Assembly (NCBI GenBank): GCA_964016885.1 | Contig: CAXHJY010000973.1 | Coordinates: 434,001 to 498,000 of the forward strand | DNA: 64,000 nucleotides | Reading direction: 5' to 3' | DNA from: Eledone cirrhosa | Lineage: Eukaryota | Shown here: positions 1 through 13,500 of the stretch, in pieces | Numbering within the stretch: the first letter of the stretch is position 1 | How the letters are laid out: every line of letters begins with the position of its first letter | The notes under the pieces: generated by a model | Databases searched by the model: none | What the model was told of the DNA's origin: nothing | The model's input: only the letters and a program-made list of their open reading frames with translations | Translations under genes and position numbers: made by a program

Positions 1-3000
1 ATCCTTTAAAACCTCCGTGGAAAAAACTCCCTGCATCAGTTGCTAGTAGTTGAGACACTGAATCTTTTAAAACCTCCATGGAACAAACTACCTGCATCAG
101 TTGTTAGCTGCTGAGACACTGCATCCTTTAAAACCTCCATGGAACAAACTACCTGCATCAGTTGTTAGCTGTTGAGACATTGCATCCTTTAAAACCTCTA
201 TGGAACAAACTACCTCCATCTTTTGTTAGCTGTTGAGACACTGCATCCTTTAAAACCTCCATGGAACAAACTACCTGCATCAGTTGTTAGCTGTCCAGAG
301 ACTGCATCCTTTAAAACCTCCATGGAACAAACCACCTTCATCAGTTGTTAGCTGTCGAGACACTGCATCCTTTAAAACCTCCATGGAACAAACTACCTGC
401 ATCAGTTCTTAGCTGTTGAGACATTGCATCCTTTAAAACCTCTATGGAACAAACTACCTCCATCAGTTGTTAGCTGTTGAGACACTGCATCCTTTAAAAC
501 CTCCATGGAACAAACTACCTGCATCAGTTGTTAGCTGTCCAGACACTGCATCCTTTAAAACCTCCATGCAACAAACTACCTTCATCAGTTGTTAGTTGTC
601 CAGAGACTGCATCCTTTAAAACCTCCATGGAACAAACTACCTGCATCAGTTGTAAGTTGTCGAGACACTGCATCCTTTAAAACCTCCATGGAACAAATTA
701 CCTGCATCAGTTGTTAGCTGTCGAGACACTGCATCCTTTAAAACCTCCATGGAACAAACTACCTGCATCAGCTGTTAGCTGTCTAGACACTGCATCCTTT
801 AAAACCTCCATGGAACAAACTATCTGCATCAGTTGTTAGCTTCTGAGACACTGCATCCTTTAAAACCTCCATGGAACAAACTACCTTCATCAGTTGTTAG
901 CTGTAGAGACACTGCATCCTTTAAAGCCTCCATGGAATAAACTACCTGCATCAGTTGTTACCTGTCGATACACTGCATCCTTTAAAACCTCCATGGAACA
1001 AACTACCTGCATCAGTTATTAGCTGTTGAGACATTGCATCCTTTAAAACCTCAATGGAACAAATTACCTCCATCAGTTGTTAGCTGTTGAGACACTGCAT
1101 CCTTTAAAACCTCCATGGAACAAACTACCTGCATCAGTTGTTAGCTGTCCAGACACTGCATCCTTTAAAACCTCCATGGAACAAACTACCTGCATCAGCT
1201 GTTAGCTGTCTAGACACTGCATCCTTTAAAACCTCCATGGAACAAACTACCTTCATCAGTTGTTAGCTGCTGAGACACTGCATCCTTTAAAACCGCCATG
1301 GAACAAACTACCTACATCAGTTGTTAGCTGTTGAGACATGGCATCCATTAAAACCTCTCTGGAACAAACTACCTCCATCAGTTGTTAGCTGTTGAGACAC
1401 TGCATCCTTTAAAACCTCCATGGAACAAACTACCTTCATCAGTTGTTAGCTGTCGAGACACTGCATCCTTTAAAACCTCCATGGAACAAACTACCTTCAA
1501 CAGTTGTTAGCTGTTGAGACATTGCATCCTTTAAAACCTCTATGGAACAAACTACCTCCATCAGTTGTTAGCTGTTGAGACACTGCATCCTTTAAAACCT
1601 CCATGGAACAAACTACCTGCATCAGTTGTTACCTGTTGAGACACTGCATCCTTTAAAACCTCCATGGAACAAACTACCTTCATCAGTTGTTACCTGTCGA
1701 TACACTGCATCCTTTAAAACCTCCATGGAACAAACTACCTGCATCAGTTTTTAGCTGTTGAGACATTGCATCCTTTAAAACCTCTATGGAACAAACTACC
1801 TCCATCAGTTGTTAGCTGTTGAGACACTGAATCTTTTAAAACCTCCATGGAACAAACTACCTGCATCATTTGTTAGCTGACGAGACACTGTATCCTTTAA
1901 AACCTCCATGGAACAAACTACCTGCATCAGTTGTTACCTGTTGAGACATTGCATCCTTTAAAACCACTATGGAACAAACTACCTCCATCAGTTGTTAGCT
2001 GTTGATACACTGCATCCTTTAAAACCTCCGTGGAAAAAACTCCCTGCATCAGTTGTAAGCAGTTGAGACACTGAATCTTTTAAAACCTCCATGGAACAAA
2101 CTACCTGCATCAGTTGTTAGCTGTTGAGACACTGCATCCTTTAAAACCTCCGTGGAAAAAAATCCCTGCATCAGTTGCTAGTAGTTGAGACACTGAATAT
2201 TTTAAAACCTCCATGGAACAAACTACCTGCATCAGTTGTTAGCTGTTGACACGTTGCATCCTTTAAAACCTCTATGGAACAAACTACCTCCATCAGTTGT
2301 TAGCTGTTGAGACACTGCATCCTTTAAAACCTCCATGGAACAAACTACCTTCATCAGTTGTTACTTGTCGATACACGGCATCCTTTAAAACCTCCATGGA
2401 ACAAACTACCTGCATCAGTTGTTAGCTGTTGAGACATTGCATCCTTTAAAACCTCTATGGAACAAACTACCTCCATCAGTTGTTAGCTGTTGAGACACTG
2501 CATCCTTTAAAACCTCCATGGAACAAACTACCTGCATCAGTTGTTAGCTGTCCAGACACTGCATCCTTTAAAACCTCCATGGAACAAACTACCTGCATCA
2601 GCTGTTAGCTGTCTAGACACTGCATCCTTTAAAACCTCCATGGAACAAACTACCTTCATCAGTTGTTAGCTGCTGAGACACTGCATCCTTTAAAACCGCC
2701 ATGGAACAAACTCCCTACATCAGTTGTTAGCTGTTGAGACATGGCATCCATTAAAACCTCTATGGAACAAACTACCTCCATCAGTTGTTAGCTGTTGAGA
2801 CACTGCATCCTTTAAAACCTCCGTGGAAAAAACTCCCTGCATCAGTTGCTAGTAGTTGAGACACTGAATCTTTTAAAACCTCCATGGAACAAACTACCTT
2901 CATCAGTTGTTAGCTGCTGAGACACTGCATCCTTTAAAACCTCCATGGAACAAACTACCTGCATCAGTTGTTAGCTGTTGAGACATTGCATCCTTTAAAA

Positions 3001-6000
3001 CCTCTATGGAACAAACTACCTCCATCTTTTGTTAGCTGTTGAGACACTGCATCCTTTAAAACCTCCATGGAGAAACTACCTGCATCAGTTGTTAGCTGCT
3101 GAGACACTGCATCCTTTAAAACCTCCATGGAGAAAACTACCTTCATCAGTTGTTAGCTGTCCAGAGACTGCATCCTTTAAAACCTCCATGGAACAAACCA
3201 CCTTCATCAGTTGTTAGCTGTCGAGACACTGCATCCTTTAAAACCTCCATGGAACAAACTACCTGCATCAGTTTTTAGCTGTTGAGACATTGCATCCTTT
3301 AAAACCTCTATGGAACAAACTACCTCCATCAGTTGTTAGCTGTTGAGACACTGCATCCTTTAAAACCTCCGTGGAAAAAACTCCCTGCATCAGTTGCTAG
3401 CAGTTGAGACACTGCATCTTTTAAAACCTCTATGGAACAAACTACCTCCATCAGTTGTTAGATGTTGAGACACTGCATCCTTTAAAACCTCCATGGAACA
3501 AACTACCTGCATCAGTTGTTACCTGTTGAGACACTGCATCCTTTAAAACCTCCATGGAACAAACTATCTGCATCAGTTGTTAGCTGCTGAGACACTGCAT
3601 CCTTTAAAACCTCCATGGAACAAACTACCTTCATCAGTTGTTACCTGTCGATACACTGCATCCTTTAAAACCTCGATGGAACAAACTACCTTCATCAGTT
3701 GTTAGCTGACGAGACACTGCATCCTTTAAAACCTCCATGGAACAAACTACCCGCATCAGTTGTTAGCTGTCGAGACACTGCATCCTTTAAAACCTCCATG
3801 GAACAAACTACCTGCATCAGTTGTTAGCTGTCCAGACACTGCATCCGTTAAAACCTCGATGGAACAAACTACCTTCATCAGTTGTTAGCTGCTGAGACAC
3901 TGCATCATTTAAAACCTCCATGGAACAAACTACCTTCATCAGTTGTTAGCTGCTGAGACACTGCATCCTTTAAAACCGCCATGGAACAAACTACCTACAT
4001 CAGTTGTTAGCTGTTGAGACATGGCATCCATTAAAACCTCTCTGGAACAAACTACCTCCATCAGTTGTTAGCTGTTGAGACACTGCATCCTTTAAAACCT
4101 CCATGGAAAAAACTACCTTCATCAGTTGTTAGCTGTCGAGACATTGCATTCTTTAAAACCTCCATGGAACAAACTACCTCCATCAGTTGTTAGCTGTTGA
4201 GACATTGCATCCTTTAAAACCTCTATGGAACAAACTACCTCCATCAGTTGTTAGCTGTTGAGACACTGCATCCTTTAAAACCTCCGTGGAAAAAACTCCC
4301 TGCATCAGTTGCTAGTAGTTGAGACACTGAATCTTTTAAAACCTCCATGGAACAAACTACCTGCATCAGTTCTTAGCTGTTGACACGTTGCATCCTTTAA
4401 AACTTCTATGGAACAAACTACCTCCATCAGTTGTTAGCTATTGAGACACTGCATCCTTTAAAACCTCCATGGAACAAACTACCTGCATCAGTTGTTACCT
4501 GTTGAGACACTGCATCCTTTAAAACCTCTATGGAACAAACTATCTGCATCAGTTGTTAGCTGCTGAGACACTGCATCCTTTAAAACCTCCATGGAACAAA
4601 CTACCTGCATCAGTTGTTAGCTGTTGAGACATTGCATCCTTTAAAACCTCTATGGAACAAACTACCTCCATCAGTTGTTAGCTGTTCAGACACTGCATCC
4701 TTTAAAACCTCCATGGAACAAACTACCTGCATCAGTTGTTAGCTGCTGAGACACTGCATCCTTTAAAACCTCCATGGAAAAAACTACCTTCATCAGTTGT
4801 TAGCTGTCCAGAGACTGCATCCTTTAAAACCTCCATGGAACAAACTACCTTCATCAGTTGTTACCTGTCGATACACTGCATCCTTTAAAACCTCCATGGA
4901 ACAAACTACCTGCATCAGTTGTTAGCTGTTGAGACATTGCATCCTTTAAAACCTCTATGGAACAAACTACCTCCTTCAGTTGTTAGCTGTTGAGACACTG
5001 CATCCTTTAAAACCTCCATGGAACAATCTACCTGCATCAGTGGTTACCTGTTGAGACACTGCATCCTTTAAAACCTCTATGGAACAAACTACCTCCATCA
5101 GTTGTTAGCTGTTGAGACACTGCATCCTTTAAAACCTCCGTGGAAAAAACTCCCTGCATCAGTTGTTAGTTGTCCAGAGACTGCATCCTTTAAAACCTCC
5201 ATGTAACAAACTACCTGCATCAGTTGTAAGTTGTCGAGACACTGCATCCTTTAAAACCTCCATGGAACAAATTACCTGCATCAGTTGTTAGCTGTCGAGA
5301 CACTGCATCCTTTAAAACCTCCATGGAACAAACTACCTGCATCAGCTGTTAGCTGTCTAGACACTGCATCCTTTAAAACCTCCATGGAACAAACTATCTG
5401 CATCAGTTGTTAGCTTCTGAGAAACTGCATCCTTTAAAACCTCAATGGAACAAATTACCGCCATCAGTTGTTAGCTGTTGAGACACTGCATCCTTTAAAA
5501 CCTCCATGGAACAAACTACCTGCATCAGTTGTTAGCTGTCCAGACACTGCATCCTTTAAAACCTCCATGGAACAAACTACCTGCATCAGCTGTTAGCTGT
5601 TGAGACACTGCATCCTTTAAAACCGCCATGGAACAAACTACCTACATCAGTTGTTAGCTGTTGAGACATGGCATCCATTAAAACCTCTCTGGAACAAACT
5701 ACCTCCATCAGTTGTTAGCTGTTGAGACACTGCATCCTTTAAAACCTCCATGGAACAAACTACCTTCATCAGTTGTTAGCTGTCGAGACACTGCATCCTT
5801 TAAAACCTCCATGGAACAAACTACCTTCATCAGTTGTTAGCTGTTGAGACATTGCATCCTTTAAAACCTCTAGGGAACAAACTACCTCCATCAGTTGTTA
5901 GCTGTTGAGACACTGCATCCTTTAAAACCTCCGTGGAAAAAACTCCCTGCATCAGTTGCTAGTAGTTGAGACACTGAATCTTTTAAAACCTCCATGGAAC

Positions 6001-7590
6001 AAACTACCTGCATCAGTTGTTAGCTGCTGAGACACTGCATCCTTTAAAACCTCCATGGAACAAACTACCTGCATCAGTTGTTAGCTGTTGAGACATTGCA
6101 TCCTTTAAAACCTCTATGGAACAAACTACCTCCATCTTTTGTTAGCTGTTGAGACACTGCATCCTTTAAAACCTCCATGGAACAAACTACCTGCATCAGT
6201 TGTTAGCTGTCCAGAGACTGCATCCTTTAAAACCTCCATGGAACAAACCACCTTCATCAGTTGTTAGCTGTCGAGACACTGCATCCTTTAAAACCTCCAT
6301 GGAACAAACTACCTGCATCAGTTCTTAGCTGTTGAGACATTGCATCCTTTAAAACCTCTATGGAACAAACTACCTCCATCAGTTGTTAGCTGTTGAGACA
6401 CTGCATCCTTTAAAACCTCCATGGAACAAACTACCTGCATCAGTTGTTAGCTGTCCAGACACTGCATCCTTTAAAACCTCCATGCAACAAACTACCTTCA
6501 TCAGTTGTTAGTTGTCCAGAGACTGCATCCTTTAAAACTTCCATGGAACAAACTACCTGCATCAGTTGTAAGTTGTCGAGACACTGCATCCTTTAAAACC
6601 TCCATGGAACAAATTACCTGCATCAGTTGTTAGCTGTCGAGACACTGCATCCTTTAAAACCTCCATGGAACAAACTACCTGCATCAGCTGTTAGCTGTCT
6701 AGACACTGCATCCTTTAAAACCTCCATGGAACAAACTATCTGCATCAGTTGTTAGCTTCTGAGACACTGCATCCTTTAAAACCTCCATGGAACAAACTAC
6801 CTTCATCAGTTGTTAGCTGTAGAGACACTGCATCCTTTAAAGCCTCCATTGAATAAACTACCTGCATCAGTTGTTACCTGTCGATACACTGCATCCTTTA
6901 AAACCTCCATGGAACAAACTACCTTCATCAGTTATTAGCTGTTGAGACTTTGCATCCTTTAAAACCTCAATGGAACAAATTACCTCCATCAGTTGTTAGC
7001 TGTTGAGACACTGCATCCTTTAAAACCTCCATGGAACAAACTACCTGCATCAGTTGTTAGCTGTCCAGACACTGCATCCTTTAAAACCTCCATGGAACAA
7101 ACTACCTGCATCAGCTGTTAGCTGTCTAGACACTGCATCCTTTAAAACCTCCATGGAACAAACTACCTTCATCAGTTGTTAGCTGCTGAGACACTGCATC
7201 CTTTAAAACCGCCATGGAACAAACTACCTACATCAGTTGTTAGCTGTTGAGACATGGCATCCATTAAAACCTCTCTGGAACAAACTACCTCCATCAGTTG
7301 TTAGCTGTTGAGACACTGCATCCTTTAAAACCTCCATGGAACAAACTACCTTCATCAGTTGTTAGCTGTCGAGACACTGCATCCTTTAAAACCTCCATGG
7401 AACAAACTACCTTCATCAGTTGTTAGCTGTTGAGACATTGCATCCTTTAAAACCTCTATGGAACAAACTACCTCCATCAGTTGTTAGCTGTTGAGACACT
7501 GCATCCTTTAAAACCTCCATGGAACAAACTACCTGCATCAGTTGTTACCTGTTGAGACACTGCATCCTTTAAAACCTCCATGGAACAAAC
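1..7590. repeat. Dispersed block duplication: ~1-1675 repeated at ~5917-7590 (offset 5,916 bp = 97 monomers minus 1 bp)
   Basis: Rare markers recur in the same order: AAAGCC with GAATAAA (G at 926 and 6842), CCATGCAAC, GTAAGTTG, GCTTCTGAG, GTTATTAG, CTCAATGG. The two copies diverge at about 1676 and 7592. Confidence 0.85.
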
Positions 7591-10500
7591 TATCTGCATC
7601 AGTTGTTAGCTGCTGAGACACTGCATCCTTTAAAACCTCCATGGAACAAACTACCTTCATCAGTTGTTACCTGCGACACACTGCATCCTTTAAAACCTCC
7701 ATGGAACAAACTACCTGCATCAGTTGTTAGCTGCTGAGACACTGCATCCTTTAAAACCTCCATGGAACAAACTACCTTCATCAGTTGTTACCTGCGACAC
7801 ACTGCATCCTTTAAAACCTCCATGGAAAAAACTACCTTCATCAGTTGTTAGCTGTCCAGAAACTGCATCTTTTAAAACCTCCATGGAACAAACTACCTTC
7901 ATCAGTTGTTAGCTGTCGAGACACTGCATCCTTTAAAACCTCCATGGAACAAACTACCTGCATCAGTTGTTAGCTTTTGAGACATTGCATCCTTTAAAAC
8001 CTCTATGGAACAAACTACCTCCATCAGTTGTTAGCTGTTGAGACACTGCCTTCTTTAAAACCTCCGTGGAAAAAACTCCCTGCATCAGTTGCTAGCAGTT
8101 GAGACACTGCATCTTTTAAAACCTCTATGGAACAAACTACCTCCATCAGTTGTTAGCTGTTGAGACACTGCATCCTTTAAAACCTCCATGGAACAAACTA
8201 CCTGCATCAGTTGTTACCTGTTGAGACACTGCATCCTTTAAAACCTCCATGGAACAAACTATCTGCATCAGTAGTTAGCTGCTGAGACACTGCATCCTTT
8301 AAAACCTCCATGGAACAAACTACCTTCATCAGTTGTTACCTGCGACACACTGCATCCTTTAAAACCTCCATGGAACAAACTACCTGCATCAGTTGTTAGC
8401 TGTTGAGACATTGCATCCTTTAAAACCTCTATGGAACAAACTACCTCCATCAGATGTTAGCTGTTGAGACACTGCATCCTTTAAAACCTCCATGGAACAA
8501 ACTACCTGCATCAGTTGTTACCTGTTGAGACACTGCATCCTTTAAAACCTCCATGGAACAAACTCCCTGCATCAGTTGTTAGCTGTCGAGACACTGCATC
8601 CTTTAAAACCTCCATGGAACAAACTACCTTCATCAGTTGTTAGCTGTAGAGACACTGCATCCTTTAAAACCTCCATGGAACAAACTACCTTCATCAGTTG
8701 TTAGCTGCTGAGACACTGCATCCTTTAAAACCGCCATGGAACAAACTACCTACATCAGTTGTTAGCTGTTGAGACATGGCATCCATTAAAACCTCTCTGG
8801 AACAAACTACCTCCATCAGTTGTTAGCTGTTGAGACACTGCATCCTTTAAAACCTCCCTGGAACAAACTACCTTCATCAGTTGTTAGCTGTCGAGACACT
8901 GCATCCTTTAAAACCTCCATGGAACAAACTACCTGCATCAGTTGTTAGCTGTTGAGACATTGCATCCTTTAAAACCTCTATGGAACAAACTACCTCCATC
9001 AGTTGTTAGCTGTTGAGACACTGCATCCTTTAAAACCTCCGTGTAAAAAACTCCCTGCATCAGTTGCTAGTAGTTGAGACACTGAATCTTTTAAAACCCC
9101 CATGGAACAAACTACCTGCATCAGTTCTTAGCTGTTGACACGTTGCATCCTTTAAAACTTCTATGGAACAAACTACCTCCATCAGTTGTTAGCTGTTGAG
9201 ACACTGCATCCTTTAAAACCTCCATGGAACAAACTACCTGCATCAGTTGTTAGCTGTTGAGACATTGCATCCTTTAAAACCTCTATGGAACAAACTAACT
9301 CCATCAGTTGTTAGCTGTCCAGAGACTGCATCCTTTAAAACCTCCATGGAACAAACTACCTACATCAGTTGTTAGCTGTCGAGACACTGCATCCTTTAAA
9401 ACCTCCATGGAACAAACTACCTGCATCAGTTGTTAGCTGTTGAGACATTGCATCCTTTAAAACCTCTATGGAACAAACTACCTCCATCAGTTGTTAGCTG
9501 TTGAGACACTGCATCCTTTAAAACCTCCATGGAACAAACTACCTGCATCAGTTGTTACCTGTTGAGACACTGCATCCTTTAAAACCTCCATGGAACAAAC
9601 TACCTTCATCAGTTGTTACCTGTCGATACACTGCATCCTTTAAAACCTCCATGGAACAAACTACCTGTATCAGTTTTTAGCTGTTGAGACATTGCATCCT
9701 TTAAAACCTCTATGGAACAAACTACCTCCATCAGTTGTTAGCTGTTGAGACACTGAATCTTTTAAAACCTCCATGGAACAAACTACCTGCATCAGTTGTT
9801 AGCTGACGAGACACTGTATCCTTTAAACCCTCCATGGAATAAACTACCTGCATCAGTTGTTACCTGTTGAGACACTGCATCCTTTAAAACCACTATGGAA
9901 CAAACTACCTCCATCAGTTGTTAGCTGTTGAGACACTGCATCCTTTAAAACCTCCGTGGAAAAAACTCCCTGCATCAGTTGCTAGCAGTTGAGACACTGA
10001 ATCTTTTAAAACCTCCATGGAACAAACTACCCGCATCAGTTGTTAGCTGTTGAGACACTGCATCCTTTAAAACCTCTATGGAACAAACTACCTCCATCAG
10101 TTGTTAGCTGTTGAGACACTGCATCCTTTAAAACCTCCATGGAACAAACTACCTTCATCAGTTGTTACCTGTCGATACACGGCATCCTTTAAAACCTCCA
10201 TGGAACAAACTACCTGCATCAGTTGTTAGCTGTTGAGACATTGCATCCTTTAAAACCTCTATGGAACAAACTACCTCCATCAGTTGTTAGCTGTTGAGAC
10301 ACTGCATCCTTTAAAACCTCCATGGAACAAACTACCTGCATCAGTTGTTAGCTGTCCAGACACTGCATCCTTTAAAACCTCCATGGAACAAACTACCTGC
10401 ATCAGCTGTTAGCTGTCTAGACACTGCATCCTTTAAAACCTCCATGGAACAAACTACCTTCATCAGTTGTTAGCTGCTGAGACACTGCATCCTTTAAAAC

Positions 10501-13500
10501 CGCCATGGAACAAACTACCTGCATCAGTTGTTAGCTGTTGAGACATTGCATCCTTTAAAACCTCTATGGAACAAACTACCTCCATCTTTTGTTAGCTGTT
10601 GAGACACTGCATCCTTTAAAACCTCCATGGAACAAACTACCTGCATCAGTTGTTAGCTGCTGAGACACTGCATCCTTTAAAACCTCCATGGAACAAACTA
10701 CCTGCATCAGTTGTTAGCTGTTGAGACATTGCATCCTTTAAAACCTCTATGGAACAAACTACCTCCATCAGTTGTTAGCTGTTGAGACACTGCATCCTTT
10801 AAAACCTCCATGGAACAAACTACCTGCATCAGTTGTTAGCTGTTGAGACATTGCATCCTTTAAAACCTCTATGGAACAAACTACCTCCATCAGTTGTTAG
10901 CTGTTGAGACACTGCATCCTTTAAAACCTCCGTGGAAAAATCTCCCTGCATCAGTTGCTAGCAGTTGAGACACTGCATCTTTTAAAACCTCTATGGAACA
11001 AACTACCTCCATCAGTTGTTAGATGTTGAGACACTGCATCCTTTAAAACCTCCATGGAACAAACTACCTGCATCAGTTGTTACCTGTTGAGACACTGCAT
11101 CCTTTAAAACCTCCATGGAACAAACTATCTGCATCAGTTGTTAGCTGCTGAGACACTGCATCCTTTAAAACCTCCATGGAACAAACTACCTTCATCAGTT
11201 GTTACCTGTCGATACACTGCATCCTTTAAAACCTCGATGGAACAAACTACCTTCATCAGTTGTTAGCTGACGAGACACTGCATCCTTTAAAACCTCCATG
11301 GAACAAACTACCATCATCAGTTGTTAGCTGCTGAGACACTGCATCCTTTAAAACCGCCATGGAACAAACTACCTACATCAGTTGTTAGCTGTTGAGACAT
11401 GGCATCCATTAAAACCTCTCTGGAACAAACTACCTCCATCAGTTGTTAGCTGTTGAGACACTGCATCCTTTAAAACCTCCATGGAACAAACTACCTTCAT
11501 CAGTTGTTAGCTGTCGAGACATTGCATTCTTTAAAACCTCCATGGAACAAACTACCTCCATCAGTTGTTAGCTGTTGAGACATTGCATCCTTTAAAACCT
11601 CTATGGAACAAACTACCTCCATCAGTTTTTAGCTGTTGAGACACTGCATCCTTTAAAACCTCCGTGGAAAAAACTCCCTGCATCAGTTGCTAGTAGTTGA
11701 GACACTGAATCTTTTAAAACCTCCATGGAACAAACTACCTGCATCAGTTCTTAGCTGTTGACACGTTGCATCCTTTAAAACTTCTATTGAACAAACTACC
11801 TCCATCAGTTGTTAGCTATTGAGACACTGCATCCTTTAAAACCTCCATGGAACAAACTATCTGCATCAGTTGTTAGCTGCTGAGACACTGCATCCTTTAA
11901 AACCTCCATGGAACAAACTACCTGCATCAGTTGTTACCTGTTGAGACATTGCATCCTTTAAAACCTCTATGGAACAAACTACCTCCATCAGTTGTTAGCT
12001 GTTGAGACACTGCATCCTTTAAAACCTCCATGGAACAAACTACCTGCATCAGGTGTTAGTTGCTGAGACACTGCATCCTTTAAAACCTCCATGGAAAAAA
12101 CTACCTTCATCAGTTGTTAGCTGTCCAGAGACTGTATCCTTTAAAACCTCCATGGAACAAACTACCTTCATCAGTTGTTACCTGTCGATACACTGCATCC
12201 TTTAAAACCTCCATGGAACAAACTACCTGCATCAGTTGTTAGCTGTTGAGACATTGCATCCTTTAAAACCTCTATGGAACAAACTACCTCCATCAGTTGT
12301 TAGCTGTTGAGACACTGCATCCTTTAAAACCTCCATGGAACAATCTACCTGCATCAGTGGTTACCTGTTGAGACACTGCATCCTTTAAAACCTCTATGGA
12401 ACAAACTACCTCCATCAGTTGTTAGCTGTTGAGACACTGCATCCTTTAAAACCTCCGTGGAAAAAACTCCCTGCATCAGTTGTTAGTTGTCCAGAGACTG
12501 CATCCTTTAAAACCTCCATGGAACAAACTACCTGCATCAGTTGTAAGTTGTCGAGACACTGCATCCTTTAAAACCTCCATGGAACAAATTACCTGCATCA
12601 GTTGTTAGCTGTCGAGACACTGCATCCTTTCAAACCGCCATGGAACAAACTACCTACATCAGTTGTTAGCTGTTGAGACATGGCATCCATTAAAACCTCT
12701 CTGGAACAAACTACCTCCATCAGTTGTTAGCTGTTGAGACACTGCATCCTTTAAAACCTCCATGGAACAAACTACCTTCATCAGTTGTTAGCTGTCGAGA
12801 CACTGCATCCTTTAAAACCTCCATGGAACAAACTACCTTCATCAGTTGTTAGCTGTTGAGACATTGCATCCTTTAAAACCTCTATGGAACAAACTACCTC
12901 CATCAGTTGTTAGCTGTTGAGACACTGCATCCTTTAAAACCTCCGTGGAAAAAACTCCCTGCATCAGTTGCTAGTAGTTGAGACACTGAATCTTTTAAAA
13001 CCTCCATGGAACAAACTACCTGCATCAGTTGTTAGCTGCTGAGACACTGCATCCTTTAAAACCTCCATGGAACAAACTACCTGCATCAGTTGTTAGCTGT
13101 TGAGACATTGCATCCTTTAAAACCTCTATGGAACAAACTACCTCCATCTTTTGTTAGCTGTTGAGACACTGCATCCTTTAAAACCTCCATGGAACAAACT
13201 ACCTGCATCAGTTGTTAGCTGCTGAGACACTGCATCCTTTAAAACCTCCATGGAGAAAACTACCTTCATCAGTTGTTAGCTGTCCAGAGACTGCATCCTT
13301 TAAAACCTCCATGGAACAAACCACCTTCATCAGTTGTTAGCTGTCGAGACACTGCATCCTTTAAAACCTCCATGGAACAAACTACCTGCATCAGTTGTTA
13401 GCTGTTGAGACATTGCATCCTTTAAAACCTCTATGGAACAAACTACCTCCATCAGTTGTTAGCTGTTGAGACACTGCATCCTTTAAAACCTCCGTGGAAA

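Noticed and set aside
337-346. CUGAUGA on the minus strand of T-type monomers (reverse complement of TCATCAG), resembling a hammerhead ribozyme core or snoRNA box C
   Set aside because: Satellite-encoded hammerheads exist, but the minus-strand consensus has no downstream GAAA and no plausible stem II, and only a minority allele creates the motif. An Infernal search with Rfam hammerhead models would settle it.
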